DNA from: Candidatus Altimarinota bacterium
Lineage (GTDB): Bacteria > Patescibacteriota > Gracilibacteria > UBA1369
DNA: 32,000 nt
Direction: 5' to 3'
NCBI GenBank assembly: GCA_041659405.1
Contig: JBAZYK010000006.1
Location: 60,001 to 92,000 of the forward strand
The translations under genes and the position numbers were made by a program. Positions 23,823-32,000 of the stretch are shown here, piece by piece (the first letter of the stretch is position 1; every line of letters starts with the position of its first letter). Under the pieces are notes generated by a model. That model did not search any database, had not been told where the DNA came from, and worked only from the letters and a program-made list of their open reading frames with translations.

Positions 23823-26567
23823 GTGATCCACAAAATTATCAACAAACTTCTGGGCGACCAAAACGAAAAAGAGCTCAAAAAGCTTTGGCCTTTGGTTGCC
23901 AAGGTTAACGCCGTCTATGAAGAGTACGAGAAAAATCTGCCGGAATCCGACATCCCTAAAAAAACCGAGGAATTCAAAACTCGCCTAAAAAACGGAGAAA
24001 CTCTGGATCAAATTATGCCGGAAGCATTCGCTTTGGTTAAACATGCCTGCAAAAAACTCATTGGCAAAAAATGGCTTGTGCGTGGCAACGAAACCACCTG
24101 GGACATGGTTCCTTTTGACGTTCAAATTCTTGGTGGAATCGTTCTTCATCAGGGCCGCATCGCCGAAATGAAAACGGGTGAAGGTAAAACTCTGGTTTGT
24201 ACCATGCCGGTTTATCTTAATGCTCTTGCCGGAAAAGGCGTGCACGTTGTTACGGTTAATGACTATCTTGCTCATCGCGATTCCGAATGGATGGGCGGTC
24301 TTTTTAAATTCCTTGGTCTAACCGTTGGAATTGTTGTGCATGAACAGCCGCGTGAAGCCAAAAAAGAGGCTTACAACGCCGACATCACTTATGGCACAAA
24401 CAACGAATTTGGTTTTGATTATCTGCGTGATAACATGGCGCAAAGCCAGGAAAATATCGCTCAGCGTGAGCTTTCTTATGCCATTGTGGATGAAGTGGAT
24501 TCCATTTTGATTGATGAGGCCAGAACGCCGTTAATTATTTCCGCTCCGGCCGAGGAATCGACTTCCAAATATGTTCGTTATTCTCAGCTTGTACGCAATC
24601 TTTTGGAAGTAACCGATTATGTTATTGATGAAAAGCAAAAAACCGCAAGTTTGACCGAAGAAGGTATCGCCAAAATGGAAGGTCTTCTGGGGGTTGATAA
24701 CATTTATACCGATGCCGGATTTAGTGAAGTACATCACCTGGAACAGGCGCTCAAAGCTCAAACAGTTTATAAAAATGACATCGATTATGTGGTAAAAGAT
24801 GGTGAAATTTTGATTGTTGATGAGTTTACCGGCCGCATTATGCCGGGTCGTCGTTACTCGGATGGTCTGCATCAGGCAATTGAAGCCAAAGAAGGTGTGG
24901 AAGTTAAGCGTGAAAGCCGCACACTCGCCACCATTACTTTTCAAAATTATTTCCGTCTCTTTAAAAAATTGGCGGGCATGACCGGTACAGCACTAACAGA
25001 AGCCGAAGAATTCCTCCAAATTTACCGACTTGAAACAATTGTGATTCCAACTCACCATGCGGTTCAAAGGTTGGATGGAGCCGACATGATCTACAAAAAT
25101 CAGAAAGGCAAATACATGGCTGTCGCTAAAAAGGTTAAGGAATTATACGAAAAAGGTCAGCCGGTTTTGATTGGTACGATTTCGATTGAGAAATCCGAAA
25201 TCATGAACAAATTGTTGCAAATGGAAGGCGTTCCGCACAATGTTTTGAATGCCAAAAATCACGAACGCGAAGCCGAAATCGTGGCAAAGGCAGGCCAAAA
25301 AGGAGCCGTTACCATTGCCACCAACATGGCCGGTCGTGGAACGGATATTAAACTTGGTGAAGGTGTTACAGATTTGGGTGGTTTAGTGGTGATTGCCACC
25401 GAGCGTCATGAAGCCCGCCGCATCGATAACCAGTTGCGTGGTCGTAGTGGTCGTCAGGGTGACCCGGGTGAAAGCCAATTTTTTGTTTCGATGGAGGATG
25501 ATTTGATGCGTTTATTTGGTTCCGATCGCATTCAAAAAGTTATGGAAGGTTTAAATATGCCCGACGACATGCCAATTCAAAATAAGTGGATCAGCAATTC
25601 GATTGAAACTGCCCAAAAAAGCGTGGAAGGCCGCAACTTTGATATTCGTAAACATATTGTTGAATACGACGACGTAATGAACAAACATCGTGAAATTATT
25701 TATTCCCGCCGTCACAAAGTTTTGCAGAGCGACAACATCAAAAACGACATTATAATTCTGCTTGAAAAAGAAATTGAAAGTCTGGTTTTGCGTAACCGTA
25801 AAGAAGAAGCCGATCGTGACGAAAGCAAATATGATTACGAAAAAATGCTGGAAGAAATAAACGCACTTCATAAAGATTCGGTTTATCCGCTTTCAATTGA
25901 CCTTCTTTCCAAAGCGGACGATCAGGAAGATTTGATCGAAGCCGTAAAATTGTACTTCTTCAAGGAGTACGAAGAAAAAGAAAAAATGTTGAAAGATTCT
26001 TCAATTATGCGCCAAATTGAACGCGGCATTTATTTGAATGTGATCGATACTTTTTGGATGGAGCACATCGACAACATGACCCATTTGCGTGAAGGTGTAG
26101 CCCTGCGCGGTTATGGCCAGCGCGACCCGTTGGTTGAATACAAAAAGGAAGCTTTCAGCATGTTCAGCAAGATGATGGTTGGAATTCAGGCAAATACGGT
26201 AACTACAATTTTCAAATTGAATTTAAAAGCTCAACTACCGCAAGAAATGCTGCAAGTTGGCATGGCTCCAACAGTTCAAATGTTTACGAATGAAAACCAG
26301 ATTGAATCGGTACTTTCCGGCGATCATGGCGGCGGCATGGTTTTAGGTGAGAGCACGAATACGGGTTTTGGCGCAGGTAGTGGCGCAAACATGAACTCAG
26401 GCTTTAGCGCGAACGGTGGCGCGGGCACGGGCGCAAGCGGCAATCCGACCATAATCAAAGCCGATTCAGCCCCAGCCGGAAGCCACAAACCGGAAATCGG
26501 CCGCAACGATCTATGCACCTGCGGAAGCGGAAAAAAATATAAGAAATGCCATCAGTTAGCCAAATGA
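23823..26567 (+). CDS. secA: Preprotein translocase ATPase SecA
   Basis: GTG start. MKTGEGKTLV Walker A, VDEVDSILIDEARTPLIIS, TNMAGRGTDIKLG, and the C-terminal zinc motif CTCGSGKKYKKCH. Confidence 0.97.
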   Translation: MIHKIINKLLGDQNEKELKKLWPLVAKVNAVYEEYEKNLPESDIPKKTEEFKTRLKNGETLDQIMPEAFALVKHACKKLIGKKWLVRGNETTWDMVPFDVQILGGIVLHQGRIAEMKTGEGKTLVCTMPVYLNALAGKGVHVVTVNDYLAHRDSEWMGGLFKFLGLTVGIVVHEQPREAKKEAYNADITYGTNNEFGFDYLRDNMAQSQENIAQRELSYAIVDEVDSILIDEARTPLIISAPAEESTSKYVRYSQLVRNLLEVTDYVIDEKQKTASLTEEGIAKMEGLLGVDNIYTDAGFSEVHHLEQALKAQTVYKNDIDYVVKDGEILIVDEFTGRIMPGRRYSDGLHQAIEAKEGVEVKRESRTLATITFQNYFRLFKKLAGMTGTALTEAEEFLQIYRLETIVIPTHHAVQRLDGADMIYKNQKGKYMAVAKKVKELYEKGQPVLIGTISIEKSEIMNKLLQMEGVPHNVLNAKNHEREAEIVAKAGQKGAVTIATNMAGRGTDIKLGEGVTDLGGLVVIATERHEARRIDNQLRGRSGRQGDPGESQFFVSMEDDLMRLFGSDRIQKVMEGLNMPDDMPIQNKWISNSIETAQKSVEGRNFDIRKHIVEYDDVMNKHREIIYSRRHKVLQSDNIKNDIIILLEKEIESLVLRNRKEEADRDESKYDYEKMLEEINALHKDSVYPLSIDLLSKADDQEDLIEAVKLYFFKEYEEKEKMLKDSSIMRQIERGIYLNVIDTFWMEHIDNMTHLREGVALRGYGQRDPLVEYKKEAFSMFSKMMVGIQANTVTTIFKLNLKAQLPQEMLQVGMAPTVQMFTNENQIESVLSGDHGGGMVLGESTNTGFGAGSGANMNSGFSANGGAGTGASGNPTIIKADSAPAGSHKPEIGRNDLCTCGSGKKYKKCHQLAK

Positions 26568-26911
26568 ACACCTTCCTCACCAAATCCCAAAATTTCCTCA
26601 AATACCTGATTTTCACAATCATCGGGATGCTGGTGAGTTTTTTCCTTTTTGGAGCAGCCCTAAAAATCGGCTACAGCTTCAATCTGGAACTTTACGAAAT
26701 CGTCCTGACTTTTTTTGCCGCACTCTACGGATTCATCAAATTAAAAAAATTCAAAGCAGAACACACTAAAAACAAATTCCTGAAAATAATCGGAACCCAA
26801 AATCTGACAAAATCCATCCGCTACCTCATCTTAGGTTTAATGATCGGAAACGCACTCTATCTAATCACAATCATTGCCGGCGTAGCAACCCTGTCCGCAC
26901 TGTTCAAATAA
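26564..26911 (+). CDS. Small integral membrane protein (three predicted TM helices)
   Basis: ATG 26564 forms an ATGA overlap with the secA stop. Hydrophobic segments YLIFTIIGMLVSFFLFGAAL, IVLTFFAALYGFI and LILGLMIGNALYLITIIAGVA. Confidence 0.6.
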   Translation: MNTFLTKSQNFLKYLIFTIIGMLVSFFLFGAALKIGYSFNLELYEIVLTFFAALYGFIKLKKFKAEHTKNKFLKIIGTQNLTKSIRYLILGLMIGNALYLITIIAGVATLSALFK

Positions 26912-26929
26912 GAAATGTTAATTGAAACA

Positions 26930-27183
26930 CTAAACGATCCCGCTAATCTTCAGGTCTTTTATGTGATCCTCAGGGCTTTTTACAGCAAACTTTCCGGCAG
27001 CCAAATCAGCCTCGGATTCCTTTAAAGCAGTCTCCAATTCACATTCACGAAGATAATTATATTGATCCATAGTAAGGATAATAAAACTTTTCTCACCACG
27101 AATGGTGTACCATTGATTTTAGCTTCATGTAAAGATGGCGTTGGCCGCCAGTTGCCCAAAATACTTTTTTTTGCTAGCGTCAC
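26930..27183 (-). pseudogene. Degraded Phd/YefM-like antitoxin (frameshifted, no partner toxin)
   Basis: The minus strand has an intact 46-aa ORF (27070-26930, MDQYNYLRECELETALKESEADLAAGKF...). The same frame continues upstream as ...YTIRGEKSFIILT until a TAA. A GTG-initiated frame (27183) carrying the N-terminal part joins it if one A is added to the AAAA run of gctaaaatcaatgg. Confidence 0.4.
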
Positions 27184-27207
27184 CCTGACATTTTATAACT
27201 AAAAATT

Positions 27208-27834
27208 ATGGATACTCCAAGAAATGCATTTTTTCAATATCCGGAAGGCCTTAATGAGGCAAAATTAGTCGAATTGATTCAGACTATTCTTGATGGAATT
27301 GATCGCGACCAATTGATGAAAGATGAACATTTGCCCATAGTTCGTCATCCTCTTCTTCAGGAAAGAATTGGCACTGAGGTTGCCCTAAACACAGAAATAC
27401 ACAATTTAATTTCCAACGTTGCTTCAAAAACAAGATCAGATCAACCAACTGATGTTGAAGAAAAAATACTGCTCGCCAATGCTTCAAATCCTAAACAAAT
27501 GGCCACAAGCCTTGCAGCATTTAAAGAAGCAATAACAAAGCTTGCGCCATTAAACATAGACGAAATCTATCCAATAGACACATTCGTCAGTATGCTGTTA
27601 ATGGGAAAATTAAAAATGCCTACGCATGCTCAAGAGGCCATTCTTTATCCCGCTGTAAATCATGACCTCTATGAATCCTCCAAAGACGAAATATTGGGAG
27701 TAATAGAAAATTGCAGAAAAAAGTTACTTTCATGGATAGAAATTGCCGATGATAAAAAAGCTACAGAATTCGGCAAAGAAGTTAGCGCCGAAGCTGATTT
27801 TGCCAAAGACTGGTTCGAAAAAAGGGCAGCCTAG
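27208..27834 (+). CDS. Hypothetical 208-aa soluble protein
   Basis: Clean ATG ORF with no TM segments or signal peptide. No family recognised. Confidence 0.55.
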   Translation: MDTPRNAFFQYPEGLNEAKLVELIQTILDGIDRDQLMKDEHLPIVRHPLLQERIGTEVALNTEIHNLISNVASKTRSDQPTDVEEKILLANASNPKQMATSLAAFKEAITKLAPLNIDEIYPIDTFVSMLLMGKLKMPTHAQEAILYPAVNHDLYESSKDEILGVIENCRKKLLSWIEIADDKKATEFGKEVSAEADFAKDWFEKRAA

Positions 27835-28021
27835 CCAACCAACAAGCCTTTTACGGCTTATTTAAGCTGTGCTGTTATAATTCAGCAGTTTGTTCCTACA
27901 TCAGATATTGGTTTTTCTAGAATTGTAACAGTGAGTAAAGAACCATCTTTTAAACGACCCAAAAAGAAAAGAAAGGATCAAATCCAATTGGCAACCTCAG
28001 AACCAGCTTGGAGTTTTTAGA

Positions 28022-29167
28022 TTACTTGTTCCCGTACCCATTCGGATGATTTTCATGCCACTTCCAAGCGGTTGCGATGATGTCTTCCAACTTATTTAGT
28101 CGCGGATTCCAACCGAGCACCTTGCGTGCTTTTGTCGAATCGGCAACCAACACGGCCGGATCCCCTTCTCTGCGCGGACCTTCTTCAATTGCGATTTTTT
28201 TGCCGGTGACTTGTTCGGCAACTTTCAAAACTTCGCGAACCGAAAAGCCTGAACCATTTCCCAGATTAAAAATTTCGCCGGAACCTTTCTCAACGCCGCC
28301 GTTTGAGGCCACCCCACCAGAAACCTGCGTGCCATTTTGATCGCTGACGCCCGAACCTTCATTAGCATCCGTCTGCCCTTTTTTAAACAAATAATCCAGC
28401 GCCAACACGTGCGCATCAACCAAATCGGTCACATGAATGTAATCGCGGATACAGGTTCCATCTGCGGTTGGATAATCCGTTCCAAAAAGTTTCAGATCGC
28501 CAATTTTACCAGTAAGCGCCTGCATAATGCGCGGAAGGATGTGCGTGGAAGGCTCATAATCCTGACCAATTTCACCGGAAGAATCGGCTCCACAAGCATT
28601 AAAATAGCGCAAAGCCACAAAATTAAATCCATAAAAATCCGCATATTTTTGGAGGATCTGTTCAAAAAACAATTTCGACTGTCCGTAAAAATTAGTCGGA
28701 TTTAGCGGATCAGTTTCTAAAATTGGCACATGCACCGGATTGCCATAAACCGCAGCAGTTGAAGAAAAAATGATCTTCTTCACCGGACGCGCGCCGCCGA
28801 TCGCATCACCCGCACTCCGCATCGCCTCCAAAAGCCGCACACCATTTACAGTATTATTTTCAAAATATTTTTCCGGAATTTTCATGGATTGACCAACTTC
28901 AATCGATCCCGCAAAGTGCAAAACCGCATCAATTTCATTTTCAGCAAAAACCTTTTGCAAAGCCGCAGAATCAGACAAATCAAGCTGCACGAACTTAGCC
29001 GAAACGCCAGCTTTGCCACCACCAGCCTTCGCCGCGCGCTCCACCGCCTCTTTATGCCCCTTGGAAAGATTATCAACAACCACAACGTCATAACCTTTTT
29101 CCACCAACGCTTTTACCGCATGCGACCCAATATAACCGGCCCCACCGGTAACCAGAATCTTAGCCAT
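28022..29167 (-). CDS. galE: UDP-glucose 4-epimerase
   Basis: MAKILVTGGAGYIGSH Rossmann motif, the YGQSK catalytic motif (YxxxK), LRYFNACGA and NLGNGSGFSV blocks. It carries low-complexity insertions. Confidence 0.92.
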   Translation of the reverse strand: MAKILVTGGAGYIGSHAVKALVEKGYDVVVVDNLSKGHKEAVERAAKAGGGKAGVSAKFVQLDLSDSAALQKVFAENEIDAVLHFAGSIEVGQSMKIPEKYFENNTVNGVRLLEAMRSAGDAIGGARPVKKIIFSSTAAVYGNPVHVPILETDPLNPTNFYGQSKLFFEQILQKYADFYGFNFVALRYFNACGADSSGEIGQDYEPSTHILPRIMQALTGKIGDLKLFGTDYPTADGTCIRDYIHVTDLVDAHVLALDYLFKKGQTDANEGSGVSDQNGTQVSGGVASNGGVEKGSGEIFNLGNGSGFSVREVLKVAEQVTGKKIAIEEGPRREGDPAVLVADSTKARKVLGWNPRLNKLEDIIATAWKWHENHPNGYGNK

Positions 29168-29236
29168 AAAAAATCACAAAACAAAAATTTAAGTTCGAAC
29201 CACTGGTTGTTACTCCCTCTGCCCGACAGATCCACT

Positions 29237-31525
29237 TTAATTAATATAAATCTCCCTCGCCTTCGCCCCGTTCACCGGCCCAATCGCGCCGTTTTGCTCC
29301 ATCATATCAAGCAAACGGGCCGCACGAGCATATCCCAACTTCAAACGTCTTTGCAACAATGACGCGGAAGCCTTGCGACTTTCAATCACAACCTGCAAAG
29401 CCTGCTGATACATTTCTTCATCATCCGAATCAGCCAAAGTGCTTTCCGGAATTCCCTGAACTTTTTCCTGGGCAACCTTTGTGGAAATAATTTCTTCCAA
29501 ATAATCCGGCGCAGGACTCACCAATTTAATATTATTGGTAACACGTTCAATTTCTTTTGTGGAAACGTAAATTCCCTGAATACGAACCGGCTTACTCATG
29601 CCACCGGGCAGATAAAGCATGTCACCTTTTCCAAGCAAATCTTCTGCACCAATTCCGTCCAAAATCGTTCTGGAATCGATTGAAGAACTCACTGCAAAAG
29701 CAATACGCGCAGGAATGTTAGCCTTAATCAATCCGGTAATAACATCCACAGAAGGTCTTTGGGTAGCCACAATCAGATGAATACCAACCGCGCGCGCCAT
29801 CTGCGCAATTCTACAAATTGAAGCCTCAACTTCTTTCCCGGCTGCCATCATCAAGTCAGCCAACTCATCAATCACAATGACAATGTTTGGCATTTTTTGA
29901 TGACCCACCGATTCTCTTCCTTCCTCGTGAACATCAACACAAGTATTAAACTCGGTAATATTGCGATGCTTATTTTCCGCACATAATTGATAACGACGAT
30001 TCATTTCCGCAACCGCCCAACGCAACGCAATCGCAGCCTTTCCCGGATCGGTAATCACCGGCGTCAAAAGATGCGGAATTCCGTTATATGAACCCATTTC
30101 CACACGTTTAGGATCGATCATAATCAACTTCAAATCGTTTGGAGAATTCTGATACAAAAGCGAAATCAAAAACGTATTCATTCCCACAGATTTTCCGGAA
30201 CCGGTGGCACCCGCGACCAATAAATGAGGCATGGCAGCCAAATCTCCACACATCGGTTTTCCGGAAACATCACGTCCCAAAGGCAATCTTAAGTTAGATT
30301 GAATTTCATTAAATTCTTTAGTCTCCAAAATTTCACGCAAATGCACCAAAGTTCGGTGATCGTTCGGCACTTCAATTCCAACCAAAGATTTTCCCGGAAT
30401 CGGAGCTTCAATACGAATCGCCTTAGCCGCAAGAGCAAGCGCTAAATCGTTCTTCAGCGCCACGATTTTTGAAAGTTTAATTCCTTCATGAGGACGCAAA
30501 GTATATTGAATTACCGTTGGCCCAACATGAACCTCGTGCATGCCAACATCAATCCCAAACTGGGAAAGTTTTTCGCTGATCTTCTGGGCATTATCCTTCA
30601 ATAAAGCATCATCGGATTCACCTTCGGAAATCGCAGCAGGATTCAACAAATCCATTGATGGCGGAGCCCAATTTGAAAAAACATCTTCATCACCTTCCTT
30701 GGAAGTAAGAGCTTCACGTTCCTCATTTTTAATTGGAATAATACGCTCAATGGTGGCGGTAGTCGCGATCGGCACAGTTGGCGAAATCTGCGCCCTTTTA
30801 ATCGTAATCATTTCTGCAGGATTATGATCAGCCGGCTTTTTAAAATCATCATCAACCAGAGCTTCAACTTTTCTCAACAATTCCTCGGGCATGTTCTTTA
30901 ACAAATCCTCATCTTCGTCCTCTTCCTCATCTTCATATTTACCTGAATTTCGTTGGCGAATAAAATGCAAATCCGGTTTCAGGAAACTGACAAAATTAAC
31001 AATCGAAACCTCAAAAGTTAAAAGAATCGAAACAATTAGCAAAGTTATAAAAATAGCACTCGCTCCAATCGCATTTATACCTATGATCTCCCTCACCAAA
31101 AAATTGGTAACAAAGCCAACATATCCACCATAATTGCCACCCTGGGCCATAGTATAAAGATCATTCATCGGCACCGAAAGATGCAAAATACTCAAAGATG
31201 AAACCATTAAAAGAAAAATTCCAACCAGTCTGGAAAAAGGGAAAACAATCTTCTTGGAAAGAAAAAGCATTAACGAAGCCCCGATCAAAAAAACCGGCAA
31301 AGCGTAAGTCCCCCAGCCCAAAATAGGCTTTAAAACACTAACCCACATCGCGCCGGCATCACCAAAATTATTGCGCAAACTTAAGAAGGTAATTGCGCCC
31401 AGGCCCAGGTAAAAAACCGCATAAATTTCACGCAGAACCGAAGATTTAACCTTAAAAGTTATTGCCCCCCTTTTGCGCCGAGTTGTGCGCGTCTGATTGC
31501 GACGACGTCTTCGAGCCATAATCAA
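29237..31525 (-). CDS. ftsK: DNA translocase FtsK/SpoIIIE
   Basis: N-terminal TM helices, an acidic linker (EDEEEDEDED), the motor domain with Walker A GATGSGKS and Walker B IVIVIDELADL, and the C-terminal gamma wHTH (SASLLQRRLKLGYARAARLLDMME). Confidence 0.95.
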   Translation of the reverse strand: MIMARRRRRNQTRTTRRKRGAITFKVKSSVLREIYAVFYLGLGAITFLSLRNNFGDAGAMWVSVLKPILGWGTYALPVFLIGASLMLFLSKKIVFPFSRLVGIFLLMVSSLSILHLSVPMNDLYTMAQGGNYGGYVGFVTNFLVREIIGINAIGASAIFITLLIVSILLTFEVSIVNFVSFLKPDLHFIRQRNSGKYEDEEEDEDEDLLKNMPEELLRKVEALVDDDFKKPADHNPAEMITIKRAQISPTVPIATTATIERIIPIKNEEREALTSKEGDEDVFSNWAPPSMDLLNPAAISEGESDDALLKDNAQKISEKLSQFGIDVGMHEVHVGPTVIQYTLRPHEGIKLSKIVALKNDLALALAAKAIRIEAPIPGKSLVGIEVPNDHRTLVHLREILETKEFNEIQSNLRLPLGRDVSGKPMCGDLAAMPHLLVAGATGSGKSVGMNTFLISLLYQNSPNDLKLIMIDPKRVEMGSYNGIPHLLTPVITDPGKAAIALRWAVAEMNRRYQLCAENKHRNITEFNTCVDVHEEGRESVGHQKMPNIVIVIDELADLMMAAGKEVEASICRIAQMARAVGIHLIVATQRPSVDVITGLIKANIPARIAFAVSSSIDSRTILDGIGAEDLLGKGDMLYLPGGMSKPVRIQGIYVSTKEIERVTNNIKLVSPAPDYLEEIISTKVAQEKVQGIPESTLADSDDEEMYQQALQVVIESRKASASLLQRRLKLGYARAARLLDMMEQNGAIGPVNGAKAREIYIN

Positions 31526-31544
31526 AAATTACAAAAACAGCGAT

Positions 31545-31573
31545 ATTATACTAAAAAAGCTTCGTTTTGGAAA
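31545..31573 (-). promoter_or_regulatory. Candidate promoter of ftsK
   Basis: On the minus strand, TATAAT (31550-31545) lies 19 nt upstream of ATG 31525, with a weak -35 (TTTCCA) 17 nt further upstream. Confidence 0.35.
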
Positions 31574-31578
31574 TAAGG

Positions 31579-31974
31579 TTATTTACTTGCAGGTGCCCAC
31601 GGCCCAAAATAAGGTTTTTTCCGTTTATTTATTGTAAAAAGCTGACAACCTTTCTCATCATAGACAAATTTACCTCTCCCCTGTTCATTTTTCGCTTTCT
31701 TATTTTTGGGAATTATATATTTCTCAGCTAAAAGCTCGTCAAAGGCCACATCAAAATGGGCACGGTCTTCAGGCTTAATGCCCAAATCCTCTACAAGCTG
31801 CTCTCTTGAAAACGGATAACAAGTATCAAAATGTAGCTCATGTTGCGCATCCAATCTTGTTCGTAAAAGATGCTTAAATATAACCACGTTATCTTCAGGC
31901 AAAATTTCTCCCCCCATTCTGACTCCAGGCGTTCTTGGTTGTTTCTCAGTCCTTCTTTCTACTTCGAGTGCCAT
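31579..31974 (-). CDS. Hypothetical 131-aa basic protein
   Basis: ORF with a Lys-rich C-terminal third. No family recognised. An alternative start at Met20 is possible. Confidence 0.45.
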   Translation of the reverse strand: MALEVERRTEKQPRTPGVRMGGEILPEDNVVIFKHLLRTRLDAQHELHFDTCYPFSREQLVEDLGIKPEDRAHFDVAFDELLAEKYIIPKNKKAKNEQGRGKFVYDEKGCQLFTINKRKKPYFGPWAPASK

Positions 31975-32000
31975 ATTTTACGATTAAAACAAGCGTATAA

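Noticed and set aside
243-26567. Possible alternative genetic code (UGA recoded, as in some CPR lineages).
   Set aside because: Conserved proteins terminate at their expected lengths on TGA (for example the ATGA overlaps at 4362, 4808, 9220 and 26564), and no in-frame TGA interrupts conserved genes. The standard bacterial code fits.

Overview
The window reads as a dense chromosomal segment from a small-genome bacterium. It resembles Patescibacteria/CPR, but that is an inference from gene content, not a database result. The standard code applies: conserved proteins end at TGA and TGA sits in ATGA start/stop overlaps.

Housekeeping genes recognised from motifs: pilT, rlmI-like methyltransferase, tRNA-Ala(GGC), metG, tilS-ftsH, hsp20, galU, a TPR protein, RNase P RNA, a WbaP-like sugar-phosphate transferase, a CarD/CdnL-family protein, secA, galE and ftsK.

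Two surface-filament clusters dominate the first 13 kb:
- Five tandem, translationally coupled VirB2/TrbC-like small secreted proteins lie at 2839-5320.
- A minus-strand type IV pilus operon lies at 7062-13141, in the order pilN-like, pilO-like, pilC, three prepilins and a PilX-like 465-aa protein. No pilM, pilB or pilD lies in the window.

Findings most worth follow-up:
- The VirB2-like paralog array has no secretion machinery in cis.
- An 80-bp palindromic element family shares an identical 18-nt core. Copies bracket hsp20 in inverted orientation, and one is a perfect 31-bp-stem hairpin between ftsH and hsp20.
- The RNase P RNA is about 615 nt, with a roughly 190-nt insertion at the P3 position.
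- The CarD/CdnL protein carries a roughly 160-aa C-terminal extension.
- Gly/Ser/Asn-rich insertions recur in three conserved enzymes.
- A frameshifted orphan antitoxin sits beside an uncharacterised gene.

A RelE/Phd-type toxin-antitoxin pair and several sigma70-like promoters and hairpin terminators are also annotated. All calls come from reading the sequence and the ORF track; no searches were run.
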